Source: an uncultured Gemmatimonadaceae bacterium
GTDB lineage: Bacteria; Gemmatimonadota; Gemmatimonadetes; Gemmatimonadales; Gemmatimonadaceae
DNA length: 64,000 nt
Direction: 5' to 3'
NCBI GenBank assembly: GCA_963790305.1
Contig: CAWBOC010000005.1
Coordinates: 800,001 to 864,000 of the forward strand
In this document: positions 9,881 to 19,641 of the stretch, one piece after another
Layout of the letters: every line of letters begins with the position of its first letter
How positions within the stretch are numbered: the first letter of the stretch is position 1
Translations under genes and position numbers: made by a program
Notes under the pieces: model-generated
The model's input: only the letters and a program-made list of their open reading frames with translations
Told to the model about the DNA's origin: nothing
Databases searched by the model: none

Positions 9881-11240
9881 ATGTCGAAGACGCCGACACC
9901 CACTGCACTGCGCGCCATGCCGCGCGCCGTCAGCCAATCAGCCCCACGCATTCCGCACCTGACGCCCGTCGCGTCGAGGCAGATTGAGCGTGTCACGGCC
10001 GAGGAGCAGGCGAACGGAGAGATTCTGCTCTGGCAGAGCACCATCCGGCTGGCGCTGCTCGGACTCGCCCAGGCGGTGGCGGTCGGCATCCAGGTGCTCA
10101 CGGTGTCCCCGGTCCCGCTCGGCAACCTCGCCGTGCTCGCGGCCTTGTACGCGATCGTGGTGCTGGCCGTCAGCGCAGTCGTCAGGCAGCGCGGGGGAGC
10201 GCGTGATTGGGTCATCGGCGCGGTGGTCGCGGCCGACATTCTCTTCCTTTTCGGCGCCGTATTCCTTGCCGTCCCGCCCCATCACTACGCGCGAACGCTG
10301 CTCGTCGCGTTGATCATCCTGCACCTCACCGAATTCCACTTCGGTCGCCGGCTCGCGGTGAGCGCGCTGGTGCTGATGTCGGTGCTGTATCTCGCGATGG
10401 TGATGTTCGCGCTCGATCAGGGTGCCGAGCTCGAGTGGGTTCACGAGATGTCGTCGCTGGCGGTGTTCATCCTCGCCGCGGGCTCCTTCGTCTTCCAGTA
10501 CGGCACGTTCAAGAGCCGTCTCGCGCGTCTCGCGCGCCTGTTCGAGAACGCGGAAGAGGGCGACTTCGCCGCCACCTATGACGTCGAGGCCGATCGCCGC
10601 CCCGACAGCATCACGCACCTCGGCCGCTCGTACAACCGGCTACGCACGCAGCTCGCGCAGATGGTGCTGACCGATCCGCTCAGCGGTTGCGCCAACCGGC
10701 GCGGGTTCGAGCAGCAGTTCAAGCGCGAGATCGCGCGTGCGGCTCGGCAGGGAACGAGCATCGCGCTCATCGCCGTCGATGTCGACATGTTCAAGGAGAT
10801 CAACGACTCCTATGGGCATCTCGGCCGGGGATGGCGTCGTGCGCGATCTGGGATCGCTGCTTCGCGAAGTGGCGCGTACCGGGGATCTCGTTGCGCGCAC
10901 GGGGGGTGACGAGTTCGCGATCCTGCTGCCCGACACGGAATCGGATGGCGCCTTCCATCTCGCCATGCGCGTCCGCGATGTGGTCGCGTCGCACCGGTTC
11001 CCCTCGGTCCGTGGGCGGCATTGCATTACGGTAAGTCTCGGCGTGGTGGCCGATCGCGCTCCCGATGCGAACATCGCGCACGATCTTCACTCCCGCGCGG
11101 ACGAGGCGCTGTACGCGGCGAAGGATGCCGGCCGGGACCGAGTGTGCTTATGGACGTCGGACCTGCGCGCGGTGGCGGTCACGGCGGCGCATCACCGGGT
11201 GACGCAGCCGTTGCGGACGGGGGAGCACAAGGTCGAATAG
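9881..11240 (+). CDS. Membrane diguanylate cyclase (several TM helices, HAMP-like linker, GGDEF; frameshift near 10823)
   Basis: TDPLSGCANRR, DVDMFKEINDSYGH, RTGDLVARTGGDEF (RxxD I-site), ADEALYAAK; start codon uncertain. Confidence 0.88.
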
Positions 11241-11366
11241 GGGTGAGGAGTCAGGAGTCAGGAGTCAGGGGGTGTCAGGGGAGATGTGCAGGGGAACTGC
11301 ACGCAGTTCCCTCCTGCAACCTCTCCCCTGACACCCCCTGATCCCTGACTCCTGACTCCTGACCCC
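11240..11366. repeat. Family A heptamer palindromic element (GGAGTCA/TGACTCC)
   Basis: Tandem heptamer arms around a self-complementary core; fills the gap between convergent genes. Confidence 0.88.
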
Positions 11367-11370
11367 TTAC

Positions 11371-13113
11371 CTACTCCTCCGCCAGGAACGGATACGTGAA
11401 CTCCGTCGGCGGCGAGAACGTCTCCTTGATCGTCCTCGCGCTCACCCAGCGCACGAGGTTGAGCTTCGAGCCCGCCTTGTCGTTGGTGCCGGACGCTCTC
11501 GCACCACCGAAGGGCTGCTGGCCGACCACCGCTCCAGTCGGCTTGTCGTTGATGTAGAAGTTGCCCGCCGCGTTGCGCAGCGCGACCGAGGCCTGCCGGA
11601 CGGCCGCGCGGTCACGCGAGAAAATCGCGCCCGTGAGCGCATATGGCGACGTGCGGTCCACCGTGCGCAACGTGTCCTCCCACTTCGCATCCGCGTAGAC
11701 GTACGCGGTCACGACCGGGCCGAAGATCTCCTCGCACAGCAGCCGATAGCCCGGATCCTTCGTCTCGATGAGCGTCGGCTCGATGAAGTACCCTTCGTCG
11801 CCCCGGGTCACGCCGCCCTGTACCACCGTCGCGTTGCGCTTCGCGTCGTCGAGATACTCGCCGATCTTCGTGAAGGCTTTCTGGTCGATCACCGCGCCCA
11901 TGAAATTTCGGAAATCCCGCACATCGCCGACGCGCATCTCGCGCATCATCGCGACGGTTCGCTCCTTCACCTCCGGCCACAGCGACTCCGGAACGTAGAT
12001 GCGGCTGGCCGCTGAGCACTTCTGCCCCTGGTATTCGTACGCACCGCGGGCGATGGCGACGGAGAGCGCACGAGCATCCGCCGACGGATGCGCGACGATG
12101 AAATCCTTGCCTCCGGTTTCGCCGACAATGCGGGGATACGTCTTGTAGTTGCCGATGTTCTGCCCGATCGTGCGCCAGATGCTGTTGAAGACGCCCGTAC
12201 TGCCGGTGAAGTGCACGCCCGCGAGCTCGGGGCTGGCGAGCACGGCGTCGGTGATCGGCGCGGGATCGCCCGGCAGGAAGTTGATGACGCCCGGTGGAAG
12301 TCCCGCCTCCTCGAGGAGGCGCATGATGTAGTACGCGCTCAGCATCGCGCTGCTCGCCGGCTTCCAGAGCACCGTATTGCCCATCAGCGCAGCGGAGGTG
12401 GGCAGATTGCCGCCGATCGCGGTGAAGTTGAACGGCGTCACCGCGTAGACGAAGCCTTCCAGCGCGCGATAGTCGAGCTGATTCCACATGCTTCTGTCAC
12501 TGATCGGCTGCTCGTCGTACAGCTCCTGTGCGAAGTGCGCGTTGAAGCGCCAGAAGTCGATCAGCTCGCAGGCGGCGTCGATCTCCGCCTGGTGCGCGGT
12601 CTTCGACTGCCCGAGCATGGTCGCGGCGTTGACCGTCGAGCGCCACGTCGTTGCCAGGAGCTCCGCCGCCTTGAGCAGCACGGCCGCGCGATCCTCCCAC
12701 GGCCAGTTCGACCACTCGCGCCACGCCTCGCGTGCCGCGGCAATCGCCATCTCGGCGTGCTTGGGCGTTGCCTTGTGATACTCGGCCAACACGTGCTTAT
12801 GCGCGTGTGGCATCACCGAGCGACCGAGGTCGCCGGTGCGAATCTCCTTGCCGCCGATGATGATGGGAATCTCGACGCGCTCCGACGCCATCTTCGAGAG
12901 CCGCGCCTTGAGCTCCGTGCGCTCGGGCGATCCCGGCGCGTACATGCGTACGGGTTCGTTGACGGGCTTGGGAACGCGACGGTTTCCGCTGAAGCCGACC
13001 AGTCCCGCGCCAGCGGGTGTGATCGGCTGCGACGGCGTTGCTGGAACAGGCGCCTGCTGCTCGCGAGCGGCGGCGGGCTGGGATTTGGGCGGGTTGGCCA
13101 CGGGTGCAGACAT
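11371..13113 (-). CDS. pruA: L-glutamate gamma-semialdehyde (P5C) dehydrogenase
   Basis: NEPVRMYAPGSPER, EIDAACELIDFWRFN, TPFNFT, GETGGK, YQGQKCSA, EEIFGP. Confidence 0.95.
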   Translation of the reverse strand: MSAPVANPPKSQPAAAREQQAPVPATPSQPITPAGAGLVGFSGNRRVPKPVNEPVRMYAPGSPERTELKARLSKMASERVEIPIIIGGKEIRTGDLGRSVMPHAHKHVLAEYHKATPKHAEMAIAAAREAWREWSNWPWEDRAAVLLKAAELLATTWRSTVNAATMLGQSKTAHQAEIDAACELIDFWRFNAHFAQELYDEQPISDRSMWNQLDYRALEGFVYAVTPFNFTAIGGNLPTSAALMGNTVLWKPASSAMLSAYYIMRLLEEAGLPPGVINFLPGDPAPITDAVLASPELAGVHFTGSTGVFNSIWRTIGQNIGNYKTYPRIVGETGGKDFIVAHPSADARALSVAIARGAYEYQGQKCSAASRIYVPESLWPEVKERTVAMMREMRVGDVRDFRNFMGAVIDQKAFTKIGEYLDDAKRNATVVQGGVTRGDEGYFIEPTLIETKDPGYRLLCEEIFGPVVTAYVYADAKWEDTLRTVDRTSPYALTGAIFSRDRAAVRQASVALRNAAGNFYINDKPTGAVVGQQPFGGARASGTNDKAGSKLNLVRWVSARTIKETFSPPTEFTYPFLAEE

Positions 13114-13290
13114 TGACGAGACCTCTCGACGATCGGCGTTGTGTGCCGCCCCTGGCGGCCCGTTTCAAGATACAGGACCCCGCGAGTCGAGCCAACCGCG
13201 CTCCCGTTCTCCCCATGCCAGTGAGAGATTTCGCCGCGCAATGACTCCGGCGCTCGACTCCATTCTCAGCGTACGCGTAGCCAAGGAACC

Positions 13291-14100
13291 TTGGGAACCT
13301 CCTCTCGCCGGTACGTCGGATCTTTTGTGCTCTTCGTGACGGCATGCGCCAAGGAGCCGATCGAGTGGCAGCCGCCGCGCGATCTCAGCGGCACGATTGG
13401 CGCGACCACGCGCCTCGTCCTGGACGAGAGGGGCACTCCCCATCTTGTCGATCAGCCAATGCCCACCGTGGTCTTGCCGGCGGCGGCCTGTTCGACGTCC
13501 GTGGTCACAGCCCGTGCGCGCGGAGACGAGTGGTACGCCGCCTGGTTCCTCGCACGGTTCGACAGCAGCGTCGTGCTCATGGTCAGCCGGTCGACCAACG
13601 GCGGCTCGGCGTGGAGTACTCCTGTGGTCGCCGACGGACGCGATCGCGGCGGTCGTGGATGCTCGCGTCCGCGTCCCGCACTCACGGCAGACACGGCGAG
13701 CGCGTACGTCCACGCCGCCTATTTCATCGAGCCGATCGAAGGGACGGGAGTCTGGTACACGCACTCCATGGAGCAGGGCACGATCTGGCATCAGACCATT
13801 GGGGTGCTCTATGGCGACGAGCCGGTCACGGCCAGCATCGCCAGCGCCGGCGATACCGTGCTCGTGGCCTATGAGCATCCCGGCTCCGGAGGCTCGCGCC
13901 TGGGCGTCGCGATCTCTCGTGAGGCAGGACATACCTTCGCGGAGCGACTTCGCGTGGTGCGAGTGAGCGGCACGGTCCGCGAGCCCAGGATCGCGCTCGA
14001 GGACGGGCGCGTCGCGCTGGCGTGGCTCGAGCAGGCACGGGCCGTCGGCGTCGGGATGCCAGCCGTTCGAGCGCGCGTACAGCTCGGAGCGTGGCGTTAG
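13291..14100 (+). CDS. Putative lipoprotein with BNR/Asp-box (sialidase-like) repeats
   Basis: Lipobox VTAC; SRSTNGGSAW and SREAGHTF Asp-box-like motifs. Confidence 0.6.
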   Translation: MGTSSRRYVGSFVLFVTACAKEPIEWQPPRDLSGTIGATTRLVLDERGTPHLVDQPMPTVVLPAAACSTSVVTARARGDEWYAAWFLARFDSSVVLMVSRSTNGGSAWSTPVVADGRDRGGRGCSRPRPALTADTASAYVHAAYFIEPIEGTGVWYTHSMEQGTIWHQTIGVLYGDEPVTASIASAGDTVLVAYEHPGSGGSRLGVAISREAGHTFAERLRVVRVSGTVREPRIALEDGRVALAWLEQARAVGVGMPAVRARVQLGAWR

Positions 14101-14135
14101 GTATGGCGCCGGGGGGAATGCATCAGCGCTGGACC

Positions 14136-14216
14136 AATTCAGAATTCTGCTTGCCGCGTTGGAACGGTCCCTGCGCAGGCAGTTTCCGAACTCTGAATTC
14201 TGACATTTGACGTCTT
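14136..14216. repeat. Family C partial element (TCTGAC/GACGTC heptamers)
   Basis: tctgaattctgacatttgacgtctt resembles the right arm of 48189-48330. Confidence 0.5.
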
Positions 14217-14238
14217 AGCCGTTGAGCCAAGGAGTCGC

Positions 14239-15126
14239 ATGCCATACCTCGGCGCCCACACGATCGACAAAGGCGGCATCCACATGGCCGTCGCCCGCGC
14301 GGAGAAGGCGGGGATGACGGCGCTCCAGGTCTTCACGGCGAAGCCGCGATTCATCAACGACCGTATCTCCATGCGACCCGAGCGCGCCAAGGGGTTTCGC
14401 GACGCGCTCGCGAAGACGAAGATCGATCCCCGTCATGTCCTCGTGCACGCGCCCTACTCGCTCAGCGTCGCCAATGCCGACGAGGCGAAGTGGGCGCGCG
14501 CGAGCGCCGGACTCACCAAGGAGCTGGAGCGCTCGACGCAGATCGGGGTTGGCGCGGCCTGCTTTCATCCCGGCAACGCCGGCGACGGCGATCGCGAGGC
14601 CGCGGCCAAGCGCGTCGCGAAGGCCATCGTCGCCGCCTTGCGTGCAGTCGACACCGATACCAGGCTGCTCGTCGAGAACACCGCTGGAGCCGGCCAGCAG
14701 ATCGGTCGTACCGCGGCCGAAGTCGGCGCCATTCTCGAGCACGTGCCCGACGACCTGCGCCCGAGAACTGGCTACGGGCTCGACACCTGCCACCTCTTCG
14801 TCTCGGGCTACGACATCAGCGCATCGCGCACAGCGCTGGCCGGCGTGCTCGACGAGTTCGAGGAAGCCTGCGGCGAACCGCCGGCCTTCTTTCACCTGAA
14901 CGACAGCGCTGGAGAGCTCGGCTCGAATCTCGATCGCCACGTTCTCATCGGCGAAGGCGCCCTCGGCAAGGAGCCGTTCCGGTGGCTGCTACAGGACAAG
15001 CGCGCTGCGAAGGTGCCGCTCATTCTCGAGACGCCGCAGAAAAACTACGAGGTGGGCGACGACGATCCGACTCCCGACCCGTGGGATGTGAAAATGCTCA
15101 AGCTGCTGCGGGGAATGGCGAAGTAG
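14239..15126 (+). CDS. nfo: Endonuclease IV (AP endonuclease)
   Basis: LGAH, HAPY, FHPG, ENTAG, DTCH, HLNDS, DRH, ILETP. Confidence 0.93.
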   Translation: MPYLGAHTIDKGGIHMAVARAEKAGMTALQVFTAKPRFINDRISMRPERAKGFRDALAKTKIDPRHVLVHAPYSLSVANADEAKWARASAGLTKELERSTQIGVGAACFHPGNAGDGDREAAAKRVAKAIVAALRAVDTDTRLLVENTAGAGQQIGRTAAEVGAILEHVPDDLRPRTGYGLDTCHLFVSGYDISASRTALAGVLDEFEEACGEPPAFFHLNDSAGELGSNLDRHVLIGEGALGKEPFRWLLQDKRAAKVPLILETPQKNYEVGDDDPTPDPWDVKMLKLLRGMAK

Positions 15127-15333
15127 GCACGGTGATCGAGGGTGTCGAGGTCACCTCTGCTGCGAAGAGACCCACGTCACAGACTGGAATCGAGCGCCTT
15201 TCCCTATGAGCGCGCACAGCGCACGAGAGAGTTTTCACCCTTGCGTCTCCTGCAAGCCTCTTTACTTTGAGGCGCGATGGAGTCCGTGGTCGTCGGGGAG
15301 AACGGATCCCTCAACCTCTCGGGAGAGATATCG

Positions 15334-15711
15334 ATGCCCGCAAAGAAGAAAGGCGCGAGAAAAGGCGCGAGGAAGGGCGGCGCGCGTCGGAAGGGCGCGG
15401 CGCGGAAGAAGTCGGCCGGTCGTCGGAAGAGCGCGAAGAGGAAGTCGAGCGGTCGCAAGCGCGCACCGAATCCGGCATTCATGAAGCCCATGCAGCCTGA
15501 CGCTGCGCTCGCCGCCGTAGTGGGCGATCGTCCAATGCCACGCACCGAGATCACGAAGAAGCTGTGGCAATACATCAAGCGCAACGGGCTTCAGGACGCG
15601 AAGGAGCGTCGCATGATCAACGCCGATGACCGGCTCCGCACCGTCTTCGGGGGCAAGAAGCAGGTGTCGATGTTCGAGATGACGAAGCTGGTCAATCGTC
15701 ACATGGGCTGA
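15334..15711 (+). CDS. SWIB/MDM2-domain protein with histone-H1-like basic N-terminus
   Basis: KKKGARKGARK...; AFMKPMQPDAALAAVVG...RTEITKKLWQYIKRNGLQD. Confidence 0.9.
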   Translation: MPAKKKGARKGARKGGARRKGAARKKSAGRRKSAKRKSSGRKRAPNPAFMKPMQPDAALAAVVGDRPMPRTEITKKLWQYIKRNGLQDAKERRMINADDRLRTVFGGKKQVSMFEMTKLVNRHMG

Positions 15712-15837
15712 GCGGTTCGCCGTCAGCTCTACAACGGGGGGCGTGCCGTGCGCGGTGCGCCCCCCGCTCTTGTGCTTCACCGTTCGCGAGCGAGTATTTC
15801 GCGTGACGCTCGACTCCCACCTCACTCACGCGGCATA

Positions 15838-16590
15838 ATGGCAGTGGCGGCACAAAAGGCGCGCGCCGAGCGCGCACGCACTCCCGAGAGCACGCCTCCC
15901 GGAGTGAAAAAGAAACGGGGCGGCTGGCGCCACCTCCTCAAGGAGCTGGCGATCGCCGCGGCGATCTTCTTCACGATCAAGATCTTTCTCCTCGAGGCGT
16001 TCCGTATTCCCTCGGGGAGCATGGAGCCGACGCTGCTCGTCGGCGACTTCCTCTTCGTGAACAAGCTGGTGTACGGTCCGCACCTGCCGCTGATCGACGT
16101 CAACCTCCCCGGATACGCCGAGCCGACGCGGGCGGAAATCGCGGTGTACAAGTCGCCCGATGTCCGCGACGGGAATCCCACCGTCGTGAAGCGCATCCTC
16201 GGTTTGCCGAGCGACACCCTCTACATGCGTGGCGGGCTGCTCTACGTGAACGGGACGCCGGAGGGCGGCACCTACGTCAACACGACGCCGGGTCGCCCCG
16301 GTGGCGACGAGGCGCATCCCGATTTCGTCTGGCAACGGCGCTTCGAGGTGCGGGGCACGCGCTTCGGCGAGCCTCCGGCGGGCCCGACGCACGACAACTG
16401 GGGCCCGATCGTCGTTCCCGCGGAACATTTCTTCTCCCTCGGCGACAACCGGTACAACTCGAAGGATGCACGCTACTACGGCTTCGTGCCGTACGAGAAC
16501 CTGCGCGGCCGGCCGCTGATCATCTACCTCTCGGTGGACTTCGCTGCCTGGCGAATCCGCTGGGGGCGTTTTGGCATGCGGGTGCGATAG
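15838..16590 (+). CDS. lepB: Signal peptidase I
   Basis: IPSGSMEPTLLVGDFLFVNK, VKRILGLP, GDNRYNSKDAR. Confidence 0.93.
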   Translation: MAVAAQKARAERARTPESTPPGVKKKRGGWRHLLKELAIAAAIFFTIKIFLLEAFRIPSGSMEPTLLVGDFLFVNKLVYGPHLPLIDVNLPGYAEPTRAEIAVYKSPDVRDGNPTVVKRILGLPSDTLYMRGGLLYVNGTPEGGTYVNTTPGRPGGDEAHPDFVWQRRFEVRGTRFGEPPAGPTHDNWGPIVVPAEHFFSLGDNRYNSKDARYYGFVPYENLRGRPLIIYLSVDFAAWRIRWGRFGMRVR

Positions 16591-16593
16591 CGC

Positions 16594-17908
16594 GTGACCT
16601 CGCCCTCGCGCGGAACGTGGGTGCGAGGGCTGTCCCTCCTCGGTGCGGTCGCCCTCATCGTCGGCAACATGGTGGGGACGTCCGTCTACACGCTCCCCGC
16701 TCTCCTCGCTGCCGAGCTCGGCCCACTTGGAATTCTCGCCTGGGTCGTCACCGCCGCCGGGTATCTCTTCGTCGCGCTCGTCTACGCCTCGCTCGGCACG
16801 CGGTATCCGGAGACGGGCGGCCCCTATGTGTTCGCGCGCGAAGCGTTGGGCGAATTCGCCGGCTTCCAGTCAGTCTGGGCCTACTGGTTCAGCGCGGTGG
16901 TGGGGAACGCGGCGATCGTCACCGGTGTCGTCGGCTACGTCGAAGGGTTCTCGCCTGCGCTCGCCGCCAGTGAGACGTATCGCTTCATCCTGGCGCAGGC
17001 GCTGCTGTGGACGCTGTGCCTCATCAACGTGCTCGGGATCAAGGTGAGCGCGCGCATCCAGATCTCGGTGCTGTTCTTGAACGTCGTTCCGCTGCTGCTC
17101 TTTTCGATCATCGCGCTTTTCTATTTCGACCCGGCGAACCTCACGCCCTTCGCGCCGAAGGGATGGGGCAGCCTCGTGACTGGAGTGGCGTTGATCGTGT
17201 GGGCGTATTCGGGAATCGAATCGGCCACCGTTCCCGCCGAGGAGGTTCGCGGTTCGTCGCACACGATCGGGCGAGCGACGCTGATCGGCTACGCGGTGGG
17301 CACGGCGGCGTTTCTGCTTGCGGCGGTGGCTGTCGCGGGCGTGGTGCCGAACACCGAGCTCGCGACCTCCGCGCGTCCGATCGCGCTCGCGGCGGAGCGC
17401 ACGGTAGGGCCGTGGGCGGCGACGATCATCGCCTTCGCGGCGATCATCGCCGGGCTGGGCACGCTCAACGGCTGGATCCTCATGGCGGGCCGCATCCCCG
17501 TCTCGGCGGCGCGCGACGGCATCTTCTTCCCCGCGTTGGCGCGACTGCATCCGCGCTATGGCACGCCGCACGTGAGTCTGATCGTCGCGACGATGATCGG
17601 CAGCCTCTCGCTGGGACTGTTTTTCACCGACACGACGCTCGGCGTCTTCGACACGATCGTGCAGCTCTCGGTGCTGACGACACTGCTCCCACACCTCTAC
17701 ACGGCGGCTGCCGAGTGGATGCTCCGCCGTCGTGGTGCGTTGGCGGAGGGAGCAGGCAATGGCTGGCGAACGCAGGTGGTGGCGATCGTCGCCTTCGCGT
17801 TCGTGCTCTGGTCGATGTACGGCATCGGAGCGACGATCACGCGCTGGGCGTTTCTGGTCATCCTGGCCGGGATCCCGTCTGTATATCTGGTTCAAGACGC
17901 GTCGCTGA
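16594..17908 (+). CDS. APC-family amino acid permease (likely extra base near 17878)
   Basis: GNMVGTSVY, PETGGPYVFA, WAYSGIES; corrected end GIPLYIWFKTRR*. Confidence 0.88.
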
Positions 17909-17913
17909 GGGAT

Positions 17914-17997
17914 GAATGCGGAATGCGGAATGCGGATTGCGTGTAAGAACGCGGCCGTCACGCTGTCATCCAAATCCGCATTCCGCATTCCGCATTC
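17914..17997. repeat. Family B heptamer palindrome
   Basis: 25-bp perfect arms gaatgcggaatgcggaatgcggatt / aatccgcattccgcattccgcattc. Confidence 0.88.
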
Positions 17998-18006
17998 TCC
18001 TCAAAA

Positions 18007-18453
18007 ATGCGCAACACACTGTACCTCCTCGCCGCCCTCGCCATGCTCGCCTGTGGCTCGCGCCGCCCGGCTTCGCGGCCGCTGACGGAGTTCCTGACGC
18101 CGTACGGGGCGCCTACGCGACCGTTCTCGCCGGCGGTGCGCGTCGGCAACCTGCTGATTCTGTCAGGAGCGATTGGGACGACGGCGACCGGGGCGCTCGT
18201 TCCGGGGGGAATCGGCCCGGAAACACGGCAGGCGCTCGACAACATTCGCGACGTGCTGCAGCGGACCGGCTCCTCGATGGAGCGCGTGGTCAAGTGCACG
18301 GTGATGCTCGCCGACATGCGTGAGTGGGACTCGATGAATGTCGTCTACGCCTCGTACTTTCCCGGGAACAAGCCTGCCCGGTCGTCGTTTGGCGTGACCG
18401 GGCTGGCGCTGGGTGCGCGCGTGGAGATCGAATGTTGGGCCACGGTCGACTGA
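18007..18453 (+). CDS. RidA/YjgF-family protein with lipoprotein signal peptide
   Basis: MRNTLYLLAALAMLAC; PFSPAVRVGN, VVKCTVML, PARS, VEIEC. Confidence 0.88.
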   Translation: MRNTLYLLAALAMLACGSRRPASRPLTEFLTPYGAPTRPFSPAVRVGNLLILSGAIGTTATGALVPGGIGPETRQALDNIRDVLQRTGSSMERVVKCTVMLADMREWDSMNVVYASYFPGNKPARSSFGVTGLALGARVEIECWATVD

Positions 18454-19064
18454 TCGCCCTCGCGGGCGCGCTCATGTGCCTGGCATCGGCCTGCCAACGC
18501 GAGGCTGACAGCGACCGGGCGGGCCAGCGTCCCACCGACACGTCCGGTCGCGCACCGGTCGCCGATGCCTGCGCGCCTAACGGGCGCGTGCCGGCGGTGA
18601 CGTCGGGTGGCATCGGGGTGGCACGCATCGGCGCCGCGGTGCGGGATGTCGGGCAATCGTGCACCACTCGCGACACCACATTTTCGCTCGGCGAGGGCAT
18701 TCAGGAGCAGGGCGCGGTCATCGAGTTCGCCGGCCACCGCGTGCTCGCCCTCGTCGCGAATGGCGCCATCTCACGCCTGATCGTCGCCGACTCGGCGTTT
18801 CGCACCGAGCGCGGGCTGGGCGTCGGCAGCAGCGTGGCGCAGCTGCGTCAGTCCTATGGTCGCCTGTGCGGAGCCGTTGGAGAGGGAACGGTCGCGGTGT
18901 GGCTCGCCGGACTTCCCAACGTCTCGTTCGGACTCGACACGCGTCTGTCGGATCTCGGCAGCGCCAGCACTCGCGTGAGCGATGACCCCTCGGTGATTCC
19001 GGACACCGCGCGAGTCACGAGCCTCTGGGTGATAACGGAAGGCGTGGCGTGCGGAGGATCGTAA
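18432..19064 (+). CDS. Hypothetical lipoprotein
   Basis: IALAGALMCLASAC lipobox; FRTERGLGVGSS. Confidence 0.6.
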   Translation: MLGHGRLIALAGALMCLASACQREADSDRAGQRPTDTSGRAPVADACAPNGRVPAVTSGGIGVARIGAAVRDVGQSCTTRDTTFSLGEGIQEQGAVIEFAGHRVLALVANGAISRLIVADSAFRTERGLGVGSSVAQLRQSYGRLCGAVGEGTVAVWLAGLPNVSFGLDTRLSDLGSASTRVSDDPSVIPDTARVTSLWVITEGVACGGS

Positions 19065-19067
19065 CTG

Positions 19068-19179
19068 CCGAGGTAGTCGAGGTGGTCCAGGTCGTCGAGG
19101 AGATCGAAGGCGACACCGTGATGACCTGACCTCGATCACCTCGCCCACCTTGATGCACCTTGATGACCTCGACGACCTC
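19068..19179. repeat. Family D 9-mer palindromic element
   Basis: (gaggtagtc/gaggtggtc/caggtcgtc) mirrored by (gatcacctc/gcccacctt/gatgacctc/gacgacctc). Confidence 0.75.
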
Positions 19180-19641
19180 ATGTCTCTCTACGACTCCATA
19201 GTCACCGTCCAGAAAGTTCAAGGCACGCATCGGCGGGCGACGCTGCCGACGGGCCAGACGATCGATTTCGGCGTGCACGGCGCGATCGCGGCTCACTTCC
19301 GCCTTCAGGAGCAGCCGATGCCGCTGCCCGTGGATTACATCGTGGCATCGACCGCGGGGTGAATGCTCGGAACTCTCAATGGCGCGCTGGAGGCGCGTGG
19401 GATCAAGCTCGCTCCTGATGACATCTCGGCGTCAGCCACTGGCGTGAACGACCTGGTCGACGGAATCGTGAGGCTCACCTCGATCACCATCAGCTACCGC
19501 CTGCGCATCCCGAGCGGCTCGCGCGATGCCGTGGACCGCGCGCTCTCCCGCCACCAGGAGAAATGCCCGACCGCGGTGTCGCTCGCTGCCGCCATCGCCA
19601 TCGCCTGGACGGCCGACATCACCGAGCAGGCTGCCGCGTGA
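19180..19641 (+). CDS. OsmC/Ohr-family redox protein with in-frame UGA (probable selenocysteine) at 19360-19362
   Basis: PVDYIVASTAG-UGA-MLGTLNGALEARG...HQEKCPT; the UGA sits at the family's first catalytic Cys position and both ORF halves are in frame. Confidence 0.78.
19382..19398 (+). promoter_or_regulatory. Candidate bacterial SECIS hairpin
   Basis: GCGCGC-TGGAG-GCGCGT; apical loop starts 25 nt after the UGA and has G in its first two positions. Confidence 0.55.
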
